Below, in pieces: positions 19,057-29,204 of a stretch of DNA of 51,295 nt. The translations under genes and the position numbers were made by a program. The DNA is from Thermoplasmatota archaeon (GTDB lineage: Archaea > Thermoplasmatota > Poseidoniia > Poseidoniales > Thalassarchaeaceae). How positions within the stretch are numbered: the first letter of the stretch is position 1; the number at the start of each line of letters is the position of its first letter. Below the pieces are notes generated by a model. The model saw nothing but the letters and a program-made list of their open reading frames with translations, had not been told where the DNA came from and ran no database searches. The stretch is taken from positions 1 through 51,295 of the forward strand of contig JAZANL010000021.1 in the NCBI GenBank assembly GCA_036251765.1, read 5' to 3'.

Positions 19057-21582
19057 ATGGTAGCCTCCGCGTCATCACGTCCAGGAGTCCAAGAGAGGAT
19101 TTTCCTACACCTTAGTGACTATGTAGACCATAGCGACAAGGTCGAGGTTCCATTTGCATTGTCTCAGATGGGAATTGCCAATGCAGTGTCAATTGCCCGC
19201 TCTAACGTACCACGTGCAATTTCTGGAATGAAGGAGGCTGGACACCTTATCGAGAGGCAGGCACACGTAACTGGCGTATCTAGGAAAAGGAAGGCTTACT
19301 TCCTCACTGACGAGGGGGCCAAGGTTGCAGACGAGATATGGGGCAGGGTTTCAGAGACAAATGTGAGGGTTGTTTTCTCTGACGGCCGTTCCGAGAAAAC
19401 ATCTCTGGCCGAAGCAATAGAATCTACAGAGCTCCCTCTAAGGCATGTTGACATGTTGCGATATATGGATGACTCCGGAACTATCGACCTATCTGGGCTG
19501 ACTCCTGAGTTAGTTGAGAGGGACTTATCCAAACACATCGAGAAGCAATTGGTATCTTACCTCAACGACCTTCCAAGAACAAGAAGATTCTACGGTCGAG
19601 AGAAGGAACTAGATGTAATGGCGAACCTCCTGGAAGCGAAGTCTGCTTCAATCCTAGTACCAGGAATAGCAGGCATCGGAAAGACCTCTCTTTCGACCAA
19701 AATCCTCGATCGATTTACACATAGGAGAAATTTACTCTATCACCGTTGCCAGGACTGGGAAGGCTCCCGGGCATTCCTGGAGGCATGTGCAGAATGGCTC
19801 TCTGCAGTGGGAAATAACGACCTTTCCGACTATCTTGCTTCATCCCCGGTACCCCAAACAAACATGGCCGTCAACCTAATTGCGAACGGTTTGTCTGAGT
19901 CACCGTCTTTGATTGTGATAGACGATTTGCATAAAGTTGGTGACGAAACCCTCTATTCAATCCTGAGGGAGCTCACTTTGAGGATTAACACGTTGAAGGA
20001 AGTCGGTTTAGTCATGTTCTCCCGCTCATTCAGGATGGTTGTACCAGAATCCGACCAATCAGGAAATATCGTAACATTAGTGATGCCACTTCAGGGATTG
20101 GATGCTGAGTCTAGTAGACAGATTCTGACAGCCATGCCAAAAATGGACTCAGATCAGTTCACTCACATCTATTCCCTATCCAGAGGGCACCCATTGATTC
20201 TAGAGTTGATCAATAGGGGAAACGTTGCAGAGACATTCCATGCCACACTGGAGGCCTTCGTTGAGAAGGAGATCTTCAGTAGACTATCCGGTTCGGAGAA
20301 ACGGCTATTGGGGGCAATAGCAGTTTTCCGGGAACCTATTCCAGTACAAGCAATTCACCAAGTAGAGGGCAGTGTGGACCTTCTGGACGACCTAGTAGAG
20401 AAAGGTTTGGCACGACAATCCGATGCGGAGAATTTCGATGTCCACGACCTAGTCCGTGAATTCTTGTTAAGGTCGATGGATGAGGAAATGAAGAATTCTC
20501 TACATTCGTCCGCTGTTAATTGGTACAGGGACAAGAATGACCCTGCAGATCGAATCGAGTTCATTTACCACCTTAGCCACACTGGCGATGAGGATGGAAT
20601 TGCCGAGGTTCTAATTGCCGAGGGCCATGGTTTGGTTAGCTCTGGTCACACTGAGTTGCTTACGATTCTAAATTCTCTTGAAAGCAGCGATTTTGATTCC
20701 AAAAGCAGAGGCCTAATTAGGGAACTAAAGGGGGATATTTTGACTATTCAGGGGAGATGGGATGAGGCCGAAGAAGAATATGACGCCGCTACAAAGCACA
20801 TTGGTGGCGGTTCAGCCGGTCATGAGCTCGCTCGCCTTCTTTCTGCAAGGGCCGATATTGCAGTTAAGAGAGGAGCAATGGATGATTCACTCGAGCTACA
20901 TAGAAAGGCGCTGGAGATACAGATTTCCATCAGGGATGCAGTCGGAGCCGCAAGAAGCTACAACAATATGGGGCACATCTTCCGTAGGAGGAGGGATACT
21001 CGTAGAGCATTGGAGGTGTACGGCAATGTCGAGGATCTTTTGGAAAAGGAGAAAGATCAAGGTTTGAACGATGCCAGAATTAGACTAGCATCGGCATTCA
21101 TAGAAATGGGGGAGCTAGACAGGGCAAGGGAACACGCGCTTTCTGCTTATGAGAATACTAAGGAATCAGACCAAGACTTCCTCCATGCAAGGTCAAGAGC
21201 AGTGCTAGGGAGGTACTATGCTAAGATTTCAGATAACGACCTCGCACTGTTCCATTACTCGGGTGCGCTGGATACTCTCTCGGATCAAAACGACCCCCAA
21301 AGTACAGTGGAGGTCGAGATGCTCCTGGGACAGGTACTTATCGACGCAGGACGCAGGGAGGAGGCGGCAGAGCACTATCTAAATGGCTTAGCCGTGGCCG
21401 AATCGAACGACTTCAGAATGCTCCAAGGAGAATTGCTAGCAAGGCTAGGTGAGGTCGAATCAGATCGCTCCCAGAGGATGGATTACCTTCAGAGGTCCCT
21501 TTCCCTATTCAGAGACCTAGGCGCTGTAGGCAGGATGAAGGAAGTACAGAATTCTGTTCACAGAGCAGTAATGGGGAGATAG
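19057..21582 (+). CDS. Winged-HTH + STAND (NB-ARC-like) ATPase + TPR protein, probable transcriptional regulator/sensor
   Basis: N-terminal SQMGIANAVSIARSNVPRAI...KAYFLTDEG (wHTH); FYGREKEL; Walker A GIAGIGKT (19663-19686); Walker B LIVIDD; GHPL (20185); VHD (20440); C-terminal TPR repeats (e.g. ARSYNNMG). Confidence 0.85.
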   Translation: MVASASSRPGVQERIFLHLSDYVDHSDKVEVPFALSQMGIANAVSIARSNVPRAISGMKEAGHLIERQAHVTGVSRKRKAYFLTDEGAKVADEIWGRVSETNVRVVFSDGRSEKTSLAEAIESTELPLRHVDMLRYMDDSGTIDLSGLTPELVERDLSKHIEKQLVSYLNDLPRTRRFYGREKELDVMANLLEAKSASILVPGIAGIGKTSLSTKILDRFTHRRNLLYHRCQDWEGSRAFLEACAEWLSAVGNNDLSDYLASSPVPQTNMAVNLIANGLSESPSLIVIDDLHKVGDETLYSILRELTLRINTLKEVGLVMFSRSFRMVVPESDQSGNIVTLVMPLQGLDAESSRQILTAMPKMDSDQFTHIYSLSRGHPLILELINRGNVAETFHATLEAFVEKEIFSRLSGSEKRLLGAIAVFREPIPVQAIHQVEGSVDLLDDLVEKGLARQSDAENFDVHDLVREFLLRSMDEEMKNSLHSSAVNWYRDKNDPADRIEFIYHLSHTGDEDGIAEVLIAEGHGLVSSGHTELLTILNSLESSDFDSKSRGLIRELKGDILTIQGRWDEAEEEYDAATKHIGGGSAGHELARLLSARADIAVKRGAMDDSLELHRKALEIQISIRDAVGAARSYNNMGHIFRRRRDTRRALEVYGNVEDLLEKEKDQGLNDARIRLASAFIEMGELDRAREHALSAYENTKESDQDFLHARSRAVLGRYYAKISDNDLALFHYSGALDTLSDQNDPQSTVEVEMLLGQVLIDAGRREEAAEHYLNGLAVAESNDFRMLQGELLARLGEVESDRSQRMDYLQRSLSLFRDLGAVGRMKEVQNSVHRAVMGR

Positions 21583-22389
21583 TCACACTGCTACGATGCT
21601 ATTTGGCTCAGCCTGCCCAGTCAAATAGCTAAATTCAGGTCCAAGTTGCTTGGAAATTGAGATATTGCCCTCGAACTCGTCGCCAATTGCCATAAGAACC
21701 TCGCTCTCGGCTAGGTGTGGTGCGTTATTCTTCTCCGAAAGGTGGCATAGGACAATACTCTCCAGGTCATCATGCATCACTTCCAGGAGTATTTCTCCAG
21801 CTTGTCTATTTGATAGGTGGCCCCCCCTTCCTGATATCCTCCTCTTTAGGGAGTCCGGATAAGGCCCGCTAACCAATCTCTGATGGTCATAGTTCGCCTC
21901 AATAGAAATGTGATTACATCCCGATAAATGTTTGATGAGGTCTTTCGGCGCTTCACCCAGATCTGTGACAATTGCAGCCCTATCTCCATTTCCATCACTG
22001 GCGATTAGGGCGACATTATCTGCATCATCATGAGGGACAGAGACCGGAAGCATGCTGAGATTTGATGAGAATTGAACCCGTTCTAGATTCCCAAATGTCA
22101 CACATTCATCTTCCAATTCCCAGCCCATTTTGGATGCAGTCACTAGATTACAGTGTAGGCTAGATCCCCACTTCTTCGAGGCCCTTAGTGCGGAGCCCGA
22201 GTGATCCTTGTGATGATGAGTAACCACTATTGAATCAATAGAATTGGGTTCGAATCCAGCTATTCCGAGCCTCTTCTCTGTCTGTTTTAGACTGAACCCA
22301 CAATCGACTAGAACATTACAACCGCCCGAACTGACAATAGTGGCATTTCCACGACTACCGGATCCCAAGTGAGTTATCCCAATCCCCAT
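21583..22389 (-). CDS. Metallo-beta-lactamase-fold hydrolase, YycJ/WalJ-like (putative exonuclease)
   Basis: LGSGSRGNA, VDCG, THHHKDH, VPHD, TDLG, IEANYD, GHLSN and LCHLSEKNN motifs. Confidence 0.88.
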   Translation of the reverse strand: MGIGITHLGSGSRGNATIVSSGGCNVLVDCGFSLKQTEKRLGIAGFEPNSIDSIVVTHHHKDHSGSALRASKKWGSSLHCNLVTASKMGWELEDECVTFGNLERVQFSSNLSMLPVSVPHDDADNVALIASDGNGDRAAIVTDLGEAPKDLIKHLSGCNHISIEANYDHQRLVSGPYPDSLKRRISGRGGHLSNRQAGEILLEVMHDDLESIVLCHLSEKNNAPHLAESEVLMAIGDEFEGNISISKQLGPEFSYLTGQAEPNSIVAV

Positions 22390-22560
22390 CAGTAGTACGC
22401 GGATTCAGACGCCCTTTCAACAAATCCATTCTCATTCCCAGATAATCCCAGTTTTCACACATCTAGATTTATTCTAGGCCCCTCTAACGGCAAATGTCCG
22501 AACGACGCTCCATCACCATGATAAATCTCTGAACTCGGGATTTTGCATAGAGGTGTGCGG

Positions 22561-25500
22561 ATGCGCCGAAAGCAAACAGCGTTGCTAGTTACATTGTTGA
22601 TTTTTTCAAGCCTAGCATTCGTTTCCCAGACCCGCCCACAATCTCCAGTTTCTTCAACTGACCCAAATTTAGCAGAGGGGACAGAATCTCCAGTTACCGA
22701 CCAGGATGGGGATCTAATGCCGGACCTATTTGAGGTAATCTTTGGAGAATCTGTTGATATCGAAACTGCAACATTCCAAGGCACAATCCCAGGCCTCGAT
22801 CCTTCCGACTCCACTGACAATTCAACTGATTACGACAGAGATGGATTAACTGCTTTGCAAGAGTACTGCTGGCCATATACTTTGGACAGTTGCTTTGAAG
22901 AAAGAAATACCCTGACAGGAAAATCCCCCGAAGAAAGTGAATCTGGGTTGAGGGAGTATCTCGACCCCAGATCTTCGGATACCGATGGAGATGGCCTACC
23001 AGATGGTTACGAAGTGCATATGTGTACGTTGGGGGGATTGTACAAAAAAGATCCAAACGACCCTCTAAATCCAAACAATTTCTGGGAATGTAGATATTTC
23101 GATCCACTCGATTCCAGTGATATTAACATCGATTTCGATAGATGTGAGGCCGATTTCAGCTGGGGTTGTGGAGATGGATTCGATTTCAATAGTGATGGGG
23201 AAATTGACCTTGGAGAAATGTTCACCAATGTGGAGGAATACTCGCTGGGAACTCCTGATGATTGGATAACCGAGAGAGACGGGCTCTGGTGCTGGGGGTC
23301 GATCGAAGGACTAACCGAAGACTCATGCCAGACTCAGTTTGAGAGGCCTACCGGAGAGTCTGGATGGATGGGCTCAGATCCCAGATTCTCTGACTCAGAC
23401 TACTTCTTCTGGGATGAAATCTCACCAGCACCACTGGATGTATTGGGGGATGGAATTCCGGATGGATGGGAGGCTCAATACGGCCTTGACCCTTTGAATT
23501 CCAGCGATGCGATAATTGACAGCGATTTGGATGGTTGGGACAAAGACAAGGACGGCTTCATTACTGAGGATGTTACAATTGGGACGTCCCAATGGGGCGA
23601 ATCGTTCAGCAATTACGAAGAGTACTCAGTTGATTTTGATCAAAACTCAGGAGTAATACCCGGGGTTAGGGGGATTGAGGTTTCTTCAAATTCAGAGAAT
23701 ATAATAAATATCGATCACTCAACTGCAATTAGGCTAGTGGACTCATCTATTCACAGCATAATCCCAGACCAACCAAGAGAGAGGTTGTTGGTTGGGAGTA
23801 AATACGGAATTACAGCCTTAGACCCGTTCAGGGGAATTTCCACTGAATTCGAATTCCCCCCGGGAGTAGAATTGTTCACAATGAAAAGGAACTCAGTCGG
23901 AAACATCGACTTCCTAATGTTGGGCTCAAACATAGGTCTACACACGATAATTCTGGAGAACGGCCTCCCAGTCATGGATACTCTGGCTACTCATGAGATT
24001 GGCGAGGCGGCTGTATTGTTTCAGCTCGAATCAGACTCATTTGATCCAGGAATTCTGATAATGGGTGGTAATGGGGTCTGGCGAACAACATTCTCCGAAG
24101 CCGAACAATCACTTTCCACTTCCGAAATTATTTTCGTAGAATCACTCTCTTCAATGCTGAGAAAATCTAACGCAACGGCAACTTCTGCAGGACACGCCAA
24201 GATATTCGGCAGAACCCCAATTCTACTAATCGGTACTGATTACGGCCTAATTGCGTGGAATTCTACTGATGGCTCCGATAACAATGGCATGCCGTGGTGG
24301 GTTTTCACAAGAAATAACGCCGACGAATTCGTTAGCCCCGACATCTTGGATGCAACCAAGACCGCAATCGTCAATTCCATCGTGGTTGAAGTTTCCGAGC
24401 AGGGTTCAGACGATGTGTGGTTGGGGATGGGCGGGGGTCTCCACCTAATCACAATGGACCTATTTATCTCCCAACCCAAGGAAGCTATCGACAACGAGAG
24501 GATGCTCAACATCGGAGGCCTACTAACTGGGGCTAATGATGTCCATTCTATACTTCCCTTGGAAGGGATGATCGTACTAGGCTCTTCAGATGGAACCTGG
24601 TGTCTTGAGGGGGATTCAGATGGGATTCTGGATATTCGCCAGAATCAGACAGAGATCCCTGGTCTGGTTACCTCACTCACTACTTTGGAAAAGGAGGGTC
24701 AGATATGGGTTTTCGCCGGCGTTTCGCCAGGGAGATTCATGAACATAGCCCCCATGAATCCTCATTCCCACGATTCAGATCTTGATGGGATTCCAGATGG
24801 TTGGGAGTTCGCATACGGGCTAGACCCAACCGATCCATTCGATGCAGCTCGAGATAATGACGCCGATGGCGTCTCAATCGGCGGTGGCAGCGGCCATGGT
24901 TTCGATAGATTGTGGACCAACCTAGAAGAGTATAGGTTCGTCACCCCTTCAGATTTCGGACAAAACGGAACCGACCCCAGGGTCGCAGACACAGACGGTG
25001 ACGGACTAACCGATGGCGAGGAATATTGGGGTTGGTTCCTCGACTCAACATCATTCGAATGTTACTACCTAAATCAGCAGTACCTTTGTGACTCTGCAGT
25101 CGGCATTTCTGCAGAAGAGGTACACCTCGGTGGTTGGACGGGGACGGGTTCTAGTGGCGGTAGCGATCTGCCGACAGATCCGACTAATCCCGATTCAGAT
25201 GGAGATGGCATGCCCGATGGATGGGAAATCAAACATCGTCGCTGGATAGGGGACATCTACACCGGAGGCAATGAATGGACATTGGACCCAAATAATCCCA
25301 ACGACGCTTCTGGCGATGCAGATGGAGATGGGCTATCCAACTTATGCGAGTATGAGTGGGAAAGACTACTGGAAAGATCTATTTCCACGGGGATTATTTC
25401 ACACGGAGAATCTCCCGAGTCAGTCCAAAATTGGATTCCAACAGATCCCAATTCTGTAGATTCAGACTCGGACTCACTTCCCGATGGATGGGAAGCCCGA

Positions 25501-28272
25501 TATTCCTGCAATTGGCCATCTTCAGATTCAGGAATCAACCCTATGAATGGCTCTGACGCATTGAACAATCCGGATGGGGATGGTTTCGATGTCAACAATA
25601 ATGGGATCATTGAATCAGAAGAAGCATTCGTTAATTGGATGGAGTATCACATCAAATCCGACATCTTGCTATCTGACTCAATTCATTCGGGAACGATATA
25701 CCCTGATAACCACACATCAACACTGCCTCACCATTCATGGCAGGGACTGGCAGACGAATCTTTCGGAGAAAGAACCGGTGAATACTACCTGTCTCTTTGG
25801 ACAGGATTGCCTAGCGAAGACATAGGCTCGTCAGATCCGTTGAATTCAGACTCTGATAACGACGGAATGCCCGATGGCTGGGAGGTCTTTCACGCAAGAT
25901 GGAGTCTTTTCGATAATGATTGGACGCTTAATCCAGTCAATGGCGGGGACGGGCTAGGCGATCCTGATTTGGATGGGATGTCTAATTGGGAGGAATACAA
26001 TGCAATAGATAGTGTCATTAGCGAATCAGACCCTACAATCTCATCGCCCCAGTTCTACCTTACCGATGCGGCCGGAGCACTCCTTGAGACTCCATGGATT
26101 GGTGCAGAATCTTCACTTTCTTTCGGACACTTCTTGACCGATGAACAATCAAATTTGACTGGAACTTCCGCCGACCCAAATAATCCAGATACCGACGGAG
26201 ATGGCCTGCTAGATGGGATCGAAGTAATTTTCACCACTTGGAACTCAAGTGCTGGTGTTTGGACCCTAAATCCATTAATTCCCAATCAAGGAGGATTCGA
26301 CTCAGATGGTGATGGGATTGGCGACCTTGTAGAGCTTAACCTTACATCAAACCTGCCAATAAATGGGGAATCATACCCCTTGGGGGCTCCAACATTTGGC
26401 ATCGAATCTAGGGATATAGACGAGACGGCTTTCGAAAACAGGGTTTTCCGGATTCTTTTCAGCAAGGAAGGAAGGGCCGAACTAGGGATGGAACAATACC
26501 TCGAGTGGAAATCAGGTTTGCCCGCAAAGCCAATGCTACAGGCAATCTTTGGCATCACCGACCCAAAGGATCCGGATACAGATCGGGACGGTATGAGCGA
26601 TGGATACGAATATTGGTTCTCCGAGTGGGATTTAGAGGAAAACAAGTGGACAATGAATCCTTTAACCGATTCGGACGTAGACATTGACTCGGACGGTGAC
26701 TCTTTCGATTGTAACGGAGATGGAGAGATTTCTGACTCCGAATCTTTCGATAATCTAGCCGAATACGACTCGAGGTGGTATGGTAAGAGGCTAGAGGTTG
26801 GCAATGTTCCAAATGGGACTTCAGCTGTATCGTATGGCGAAGATGCAGCCAAAGCCTTCATTGAAGAGGATGGCCTTTCCAACAAATCCGCTTGGGGGCA
26901 ACTTTACTCCTTGTTCTCATCGAAAAGCCTCAGATCATCCGAAAAGATTGGCCTGATTAACCAGGTAGATCCAGACAACTTCAACAAATCCCTAATCGGA
27001 ATCAGCGACCCCACAAACGATGATTCGGACGGCGATGGGATGCCAGACGGTTGGGAATACTGCTACTCAATTTATGCCGAGGTATTGCCTGTAAACTCAT
27101 TCCGTTGGACGTTAAACCCTCTCAATCCCCTGGACGTCGATTATGATCCAGATGCAGATGGTTGGTTGGACAGGGAAATATTAGATACGCCAGCAGTGCA
27201 AGGAAATTGGGACTCCAGAATATTCACCCCACTACCACAAGATCAGCAATTTGAGAACGGTGCCAGCTCACTTTATTTCACAAATATAATGGAATATGAT
27301 AATGGAACCGGGCCCCTAGATCCCGATTCAGATTCCGACTCTATTCTGATGATTCCAGTTATTGTTGATGGCGTAGTCATTGATTATCGTCAAGACATGA
27401 GCCTCTCGGATGGTAGAGAGATGTTCAAGTATGGTACGAATCCGCTCGACAATGACTCCGATGGAGACATGATGCCCGATTTCTATGAGTATTATCGGGG
27501 CTGGAACGAGACCAATGATAACTGGTCTTCGTTCATGAAGATCAAAGTTCAGTGGACAGAGGTAACGCCTCAGAACTGGAAGCCGATTAAATTCTCAGAT
27601 GGCGATATTACAAGGCCAGATTTGGACTGGAATTGGTTTACTCATGACCCAACAGACCCATCAGATGCGACTCAAGACGCAGATAACGACGGAGAGTGGG
27701 ATTGTACGGGAAGCATTTGTGAATACGTTCCGTACAACAATTTCCAAGAGTATTACGCTGTAGTCAACGCCACACTCTCATCTCCGTCGATTGTCCGAGC
27801 CTCCACTCTGTTCGACTGTTCGGGGAATGACGTGGAAGAATGGTGGCAACTTCGAGAGACCCTCCTAGGGACCTGCTCAGGTTCTAACTCGGTTTCTTCC
27901 AACTATTTGCGTATTAACAAAATTAATGACGACGACCAACTCTATGCTTTGGTAATTCAAGATAATGACTTGACGTACCTGGATGTAAATTCTAGTGATG
28001 ATATTATTCACGTAAACGGCGAATGGACGGATGAATACAATAGACTAGCAGGAGATAGGAACCACTTGCCCAATCCGGGACTAGGGGAATATGCATTCGG
28101 ATGGTGGATTCTAGATATTGACGGAGACTTGGTCGCAGACGGCACTGATCCAACAAATTGGGATACCGATGGCGACTGGTTGAATGACTTCTTCGAGATA
28201 GATGATGACCTTCTCGACGGAATTAGAGGGAATAGCGGCTCCCCCATTCGATACGATGACAGGACTTCATGA
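22561..28272 (+). CDS. Very large secreted acidic protein with ~25 DxDxDG Ca-binding (TSP3-like) repeats and an inserted beta-propeller-like domain
   Basis: N-terminal MRRKQ + hydrophobic segment; repeated DSDGDGMPDGWE / DxDxDGxSNxEEY units; repeat-free beta-rich insert at ~23630-24765; no C-terminal TM. Confidence 0.8.
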   Translation: MRRKQTALLVTLLIFSSLAFVSQTRPQSPVSSTDPNLAEGTESPVTDQDGDLMPDLFEVIFGESVDIETATFQGTIPGLDPSDSTDNSTDYDRDGLTALQEYCWPYTLDSCFEERNTLTGKSPEESESGLREYLDPRSSDTDGDGLPDGYEVHMCTLGGLYKKDPNDPLNPNNFWECRYFDPLDSSDINIDFDRCEADFSWGCGDGFDFNSDGEIDLGEMFTNVEEYSLGTPDDWITERDGLWCWGSIEGLTEDSCQTQFERPTGESGWMGSDPRFSDSDYFFWDEISPAPLDVLGDGIPDGWEAQYGLDPLNSSDAIIDSDLDGWDKDKDGFITEDVTIGTSQWGESFSNYEEYSVDFDQNSGVIPGVRGIEVSSNSENIINIDHSTAIRLVDSSIHSIIPDQPRERLLVGSKYGITALDPFRGISTEFEFPPGVELFTMKRNSVGNIDFLMLGSNIGLHTIILENGLPVMDTLATHEIGEAAVLFQLESDSFDPGILIMGGNGVWRTTFSEAEQSLSTSEIIFVESLSSMLRKSNATATSAGHAKIFGRTPILLIGTDYGLIAWNSTDGSDNNGMPWWVFTRNNADEFVSPDILDATKTAIVNSIVVEVSEQGSDDVWLGMGGGLHLITMDLFISQPKEAIDNERMLNIGGLLTGANDVHSILPLEGMIVLGSSDGTWCLEGDSDGILDIRQNQTEIPGLVTSLTTLEKEGQIWVFAGVSPGRFMNIAPMNPHSHDSDLDGIPDGWEFAYGLDPTDPFDAARDNDADGVSIGGGSGHGFDRLWTNLEEYRFVTPSDFGQNGTDPRVADTDGDGLTDGEEYWGWFLDSTSFECYYLNQQYLCDSAVGISAEEVHLGGWTGTGSSGGSDLPTDPTNPDSDGDGMPDGWEIKHRRWIGDIYTGGNEWTLDPNNPNDASGDADGDGLSNLCEYEWERLLERSISTGIISHGESPESVQNWIPTDPNSVDSDSDSLPDGWEARYSCNWPSSDSGINPMNGSDALNNPDGDGFDVNNNGIIESEEAFVNWMEYHIKSDILLSDSIHSGTIYPDNHTSTLPHHSWQGLADESFGERTGEYYLSLWTGLPSEDIGSSDPLNSDSDNDGMPDGWEVFHARWSLFDNDWTLNPVNGGDGLGDPDLDGMSNWEEYNAIDSVISESDPTISSPQFYLTDAAGALLETPWIGAESSLSFGHFLTDEQSNLTGTSADPNNPDTDGDGLLDGIEVIFTTWNSSAGVWTLNPLIPNQGGFDSDGDGIGDLVELNLTSNLPINGESYPLGAPTFGIESRDIDETAFENRVFRILFSKEGRAELGMEQYLEWKSGLPAKPMLQAIFGITDPKDPDTDRDGMSDGYEYWFSEWDLEENKWTMNPLTDSDVDIDSDGDSFDCNGDGEISDSESFDNLAEYDSRWYGKRLEVGNVPNGTSAVSYGEDAAKAFIEEDGLSNKSAWGQLYSLFSSKSLRSSEKIGLINQVDPDNFNKSLIGISDPTNDDSDGDGMPDGWEYCYSIYAEVLPVNSFRWTLNPLNPLDVDYDPDADGWLDREILDTPAVQGNWDSRIFTPLPQDQQFENGASSLYFTNIMEYDNGTGPLDPDSDSDSILMIPVIVDGVVIDYRQDMSLSDGREMFKYGTNPLDNDSDGDMMPDFYEYYRGWNETNDNWSSFMKIKVQWTEVTPQNWKPIKFSDGDITRPDLDWNWFTHDPTDPSDATQDADNDGEWDCTGSICEYVPYNNFQEYYAVVNATLSSPSIVRASTLFDCSGNDVEEWWQLRETLLGTCSGSNSVSSNYLRINKINDDDQLYALVIQDNDLTYLDVNSSDDIIHVNGEWTDEYNRLAGDRNHLPNPGLGEYAFGWWILDIDGDLVADGTDPTNWDTDGDWLNDFFEIDDDLLDGIRGNSGSPIRYDDRTS

Positions 28273-28310
28273 CCTCCACAGTTCATTTGCTTCCTTGCCC
28301 TCAGATATTC

Positions 28311-28790
28311 ATGGCCGAGGGTACGCGAAACGTTCCCGGGCCTGAAGCGCCAGTGAATGAAAAACTACTATTTCTCAGAGAGAACATGGTGCACTTGACA
28401 AATCAACTTAGCATGCCAATAATAGAAGTAGCTCTCGTAATCTCGAAGTACATCCGAATCGTTTTGGACTCGCTCCAGAAAGCAGCTTCCGAAGAGGGAG
28501 AAGAATTGCCAGAAATGCTACTCAAACCCATCCCAAACAAATCTTCACAGTCCGCAGAGGATCACGGGTTAGCCTCATTCCCACTTGAAAAGTTAATTGA
28601 CAGGGTAGACCAGGATCGGATGGACATCTTGGATACTCTTGTGAGGACAATTCTTAATCAGAGCCAATTGGAATTCGTTTCAGCACTTAGCGAGTTTAGA
28701 GATTGGGAATTTGAGATTCGAAACCAACTATCAGAGGTTTCAAGCCCCGGTGGACTATTCAGCCCACTCTCGCTAGATGATGATTTCTAA
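28311..28790 (+). CDS. Hypothetical helical cytoplasmic protein
   Basis: ORF with natural acidic/helical composition; stop interlocks with the convergent gene (CTAA). Start 28311, or 28269 which would overlap the upstream stop (ATGA). Confidence 0.7.
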   Translation: MAEGTRNVPGPEAPVNEKLLFLRENMVHLTNQLSMPIIEVALVISKYIRIVLDSLQKAASEEGEELPEMLLKPIPNKSSQSAEDHGLASFPLEKLIDRVDQDRMDILDTLVRTILNQSQLEFVSALSEFRDWEFEIRNQLSEVSSPGGLFSPLSLDDDF

Positions 28791-29119
28791 GCATTCATTG
28801 ACTCTGAAGATGCTACTATCCCACTGGAAACCCACCAAGCATCTGCTATCGACCATACGAATAGAAATGGCCATAGAAATGCTGGAATTAGTGGCAATTG
28901 AATCAGAAACCACTCCGCCCCCTTCCTATGTTGGCGATTGAAATGCTGGCCTAGGAAGAGAAAGGGAACAAGGGAAAGTGCAACGGCGAAAAGTGGCCGT
29001 ATCGCACCCCATGGCCCTACTCCTCCGCTCAACTCCCCCCAAATAGCAGAAACCACTCCAAGAGGTCTGAAACCATCGTCTTCTACAGGCTCGACTTTGA
29101 CTACGAACTCCTCTCCCAC
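28787..29119 (-). CDS. Small membrane protein of unknown function
   Basis: 110 aa, GTG start, 2-3 hydrophobic segments, SIADAWW motif near the C-terminus. Confidence 0.7.
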   Translation of the reverse strand: MGEEFVVKVEPVEDDGFRPLGVVSAIWGELSGGVGPWGAIRPLFAVALSLVPFLFLGQHFNRQHRKGAEWFLIQLPLIPAFLWPFLFVWSIADAWWVSSGIVASSESMNA

Positions 29120-29204
29120 ATCGTTTGCGGTTATTGTGAGCGGATGAATTTGCCGACCAAAATATCATAGAAAACGAGAACAATGGACATCCTTTGCCAA
29201 AACC

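Noticed and set aside
13415-22389. Protease + STAND + MBL neighbourhood resembling AVAST type 1 antiviral systems
   Set aside because: The MBL is a YycJ-like housekeeping type in convergent orientation, the protease is an exported S8, and the STAND carries an HTH effector. No defence-island or mobility context.
22463-22477. Inverted repeat CTAGA-N5-TCTAG in the divergent intergenic region
   Set aside because: Only 5-bp arms, and CTAG is common in this window, so chance is likely.
22561-28272. Recurrent GATGG...CCNGATGG DNA repeats as a possible CRISPR or tandem array
   Set aside because: Degenerate, irregularly spaced and in-frame; they only reflect protein DxDGDG repeats.
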